Below, in pieces: positions 61,801 to 64,000 of a stretch of DNA of 64,000 nucleotides; positions within the stretch are counted from its first letter, which is position 1; each line of letters starts with the position of its first letter. The stretch comes from Oikopleura dioica (taxonomy: Eukaryota; Animalia; Chordata), in NCBI GenBank assembly GCA_907165135.1, contig OU015567.1, positions 14,880,001-14,944,000 on the forward strand, written 5' to 3'. The position numbers were made by a program, and so were the translations under genes. The notes below the pieces were generated by a model. It did no database searches and had not been told where the DNA came from. It worked only from the letters and a program-made list of their open reading frames with translations.

Positions 61801-63772
61801 TTTGCCAAATTAAGGGCGTCCAGTTCAAAACTCTAACCTGGCTGAGAAGAGTCTCCGCATGATTCGCCCAAATCGCCGGATGCGCAACTTCAACAATCAA
61901 CTCGGCCTGAAAAAGTTCAAATTCGAAGAGGTCCAATTGACCGGGCAAATTTCTTAATTTTCAATTAAGAGCGCAACTCGTTTGTAATTTTCTTTTAGAA
62001 CCTGCAAAGGCATATCAGGAATGTCGTCTAAGTCCTCGAGGATCTTTTCTTCGGGGAGATCGAGTAACTTGTCCATTGATCGATTCCAGACCCAGGCGAC
62101 CTAAAATTTTGAAGGTAATTTTTCTCGAAAAATAGAATAGGGAATCAAAACTGGGCTCGGCAACCTGTGTAAAAACCTGAATCAGGGTCTTAAAATTCAA
62201 AAATAAAAAGCCGCGTAGCGGCTTTTTTGAAAACGAAGCCGCTAAGCGGCTTCGCCAAAATTACAATACCAACTATGATATTCTAGAAAAGCCGTTACGC
62301 GGCTTCGTTTAAAAGCCGCTAAGCGGCTTTCCATTATAGCTCCTTAAGAACCCTGACTCAGGTTTTCTACACAGGTTGCCGACCTCAGGGTCGAACCCCG
62401 GCCACGAGAGTCTCCCCTCGAAATGTCTAAAAGTAATCCCATCCACGTCAGTTGCACCGTATTTCCTCGCCCTCCCCATAGTACGGGTGTGCCCTTATTT
62501 ACCCTAAATGTATCTCTCTAACATGATGATGCTCTCAAATCCGGTTCGATCCCCCATTTGGTAATTGGTGGCGAATTGTATAACCAAAACGCAAAATGTT
62601 ATCGCAGACCACAAAAGGAGCACTAGGCAATTACGTGGAATGTTATTTTCAGCGCCATTCCTTTATGTTATCCAAGCAAGATCTAATTGATCAACAACTC
62701 CAGTTTCTTGTATTTACCGCTTTGTTCGCTCTCCAACTATCCGCTCCTTCTATATTTAGCAAATGAAACCCATCGTTAACCCGCCAATACGCAGATGTTG
62801 ACATGCTCGACAAAGAGAGAGCTGAGGAGTTACAAAGATGGGTTAAACAAATTCCATCATCTTTTTAGAAATAAACCGAGAACTTGATACCTTAGTATAA
62901 ACGATGGAGCTATTTTTGGATGAAAAATGGCCAGAAATTCATATTTCCGGAAGGTCCATTTTTGCATCAACGGTTTTTATGCATATTTGCGCCTTGTTCT
63001 TTACGTGTTCTATGCATACAGCCCCGTTGACATTTCGGTTCAAGGGAAGAAGTTGACTTTTTCAACTGATTTCCAGATGATTTTTGATGATTGCCGCGAA
63101 AACTAAAGCCGAGTCGAAAGGCTATCTGAAAATCCCCATCGAATCGAGTCGAGTCGACTTAGTCAACTTATTAGTCGAAAAGTCGAAAAACTGGAAAAAT
63201 ATATAAATTTAGTCGAAAAAGTCGAAAATAAGTCGAAAAGTCAAAATTTAGTCGAAAGTCGAAAGAGAAGTCGAAAAGTCGAAAGCAAAATAGTGATTCT
63301 TTTCGACTTTTTCGACAAGATTTTCGACTTATTCGAATAGATTTTTCGACTTTCTACTCAACATTGCTCTCGACTTTTTGACTAGTCGACAATCTAGTTT
63401 ACACATCGGGTCAAGTCGAGTCGAATCGAGTCGACTTATTTCCACAACCAGTCTAGTCGAGTCGAGCTAGTCTTTTCGACTAAGACTCGACTCGACTCGA
63501 CTTCGACTTTAGTCGAAACTCGACGAGTCGATTTAGAACCCTGATTGAATAGAATGCTTTGAATAGAACATCACCATTCTAATAGCATAATTTGAATTCA
63601 ACCAGAGATGCCATCAAAATTGACCCTAGCCTTAAGAAAATAGAAAAATATTTTTCAAAGATTACGGTATTTGATCATGCAATTCATCCTTTACCATAAA
63701 AACTAAACAAAAAGCTCTGTATATTTTGGCTTACCTCTAAATGAGCACTCTTCTCCGCATAATCATAAATTG
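55835..63772 (-). CDS. ASPDH: Aspartate dehydrogenase domain-containing protein, 5' end beyond the window. Exons 63772-63735, 62100-62002, 61906-61838, 61656-61579, 60767-60592, 59985-59969, 59887-59831, 59248-59198, 56565-56473, 55938-55835
   Basis: The spliced translation gives VAWVWNRS, ELIVEVAHP, ADVLIGSPSGLS, AFVARGALWGSEDI, MSKHP, VLYEGPVRELCPLAPNNVNTM, GIGFDKTIGKLVSD, TERINPAPQGAVTG and a terminal LQLC*. These are colinear with remembered vertebrate ASPDH motifs (VFVWNRD, DLVVEVAHP, FVARGALWGAEDI, YEGPVRGLCPFAP, RENPAEPGAVTG, IHLC*). The junction around the 17-nt micro-exon is uncertain. Confidence 0.92.
56238..58520. mobile_element. Family-A MITE copies inside ASPDH introns (about 56238-56438, 56817-56945, 58338-58520)
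   Basis: Family-A TIR cores and hairpins. Confidence 0.8.
57526..57868. mobile_element. Palindromic MITE with (CGAAG)n / GCGAAGCTTCGC arrays
   Basis: IR CCCTTTTTATAGCGA.TCTTT / AAAGAGTCGCTATAAAAAAGGG. No TSD seen. Confidence 0.85.
59268..59509. mobile_element. Youngest-looking family-A MITE (242 bp) with 8-bp TSD
   Basis: Near-perfect palindrome (arms of about 100 bp) with termini CTGAGCTCGGC / GCCGAGCTCAG and TSD TCACCAGG (59260-59267 and 59510-59517). Confidence 0.95.
60322..60510. mobile_element. MITE with unrelated TIRs but family-A-like internal GAAGCCGC..GCGGCTTC hairpins
   Basis: IR CGATTGTCATTTTTGACCGACTAAATTTCCTTATGAGT / ACTCATAAGGAAATTTAGTCGGTCAAAAATGACAATCG. Confidence 0.85.
60913..61480. 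mobile_element. hAT-like (GCTCA)n MITE, second copy, with an expanded 26-bp minisatellite
   Basis: TIR CAGAGTTGCAA / TTGCAACTCTG with 8-bp TSD GTTTTTAT (60905-60912 and 61481-61488). Same family as 14825-15163. Confidence 0.93.
61044..61355 (+). repeat. 12 x 26-bp tandem repeat GCTCAGCTCAGCTCAAATTAGGGTCC
   Basis: Units counted directly. The central units are identical and the edge units are diverged. Confidence 0.95.
62151..62385. mobile_element. Family-A MITE copy
   Basis: CTGGGCTCGGCAACCTGTGT... arm and four hairpins. Confidence 0.85.
63139..63543. mobile_element. (AGTCG)n / GTCGAC-array element, left end not found
   Basis: Dense AGTCGA/TCGACT repeats. The right end GATTTAGAACCCTG resembles the TIR of the 19008-19525 element. 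Confidence 0.75.
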
Positions 63773-64000
63773 CTTTGAACGAGATCCAAATTTTTTCATC
63801 AAATTATTGAAATTTATTGTTTCACTGTTTTTACTAAAAATTAGCTGGGATAAGACACTTTCAGGTAAGTAATAAGTAATGTTTTCCTGAAAATGATGTC
63901 AAAAGAGGACGAAAACGGCGTTTCGTAAAAGTGACGAGTGCGCACATTTTCGAGCTCTATAATATTTTCCCGTTTACATGGCTTTTCGGCGAAGTGGTCC

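Noticed and set aside
1-64000. tRNA, rRNA or snRNA genes, and autonomous transposase or RT ORFs
   Set aside because: None were recognisable by eye. A tRNAscan-SE/Infernal run would be needed to exclude small RNAs.

Overview
AT-rich animal genomic DNA with very short (43-44 nt) GT-AG introns and several GA-AG introns. It is most likely from a larvacean tunicate such as Oikopleura; this is an inference from intron style, not a database match. Five spliced genes could be reconstructed by hand. (1) A secreted protein with five 15-aa Pro/Tyr repeats (12878-13715). (2) An IRG/p47-type GTPase whose G3 motif is degenerate (30187-34142). (3) A coiled-coil protein of unknown family (44058-45149). (4) A protein that appears to fuse a USP8/AMSH-type N-terminal dimerisation domain, a long coiled coil and an RFWD3-type C3HGC3 RING (48156-49585). 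(5) ASPDH, an aspartate dehydrogenase-like gene on the minus strand (55835 to >63772), whose 5' end lies outside the window. A small single-exon MG-start ORF (9114-9359) is a weaker sixth candidate. A complete 2.9-kb LTR element (1093-3994) has identical LTRs, a 5-bp TSD, PBS and PPT, but a decayed interior without recognisable RT or integrase. The rest is densely filled with palindromic MITEs. These include about 25 loci of one family built from GNA-triloop hairpins, hAT-like elements with 8-bp TSDs and pentamer arrays, TTAA-flanked elements, and a family carrying paired CCAAT boxes. Most short ORFs in the supplied track are artefacts of these repeats or of splicing. All protein assignments come from motif recall and manual alignment; no searches were run.
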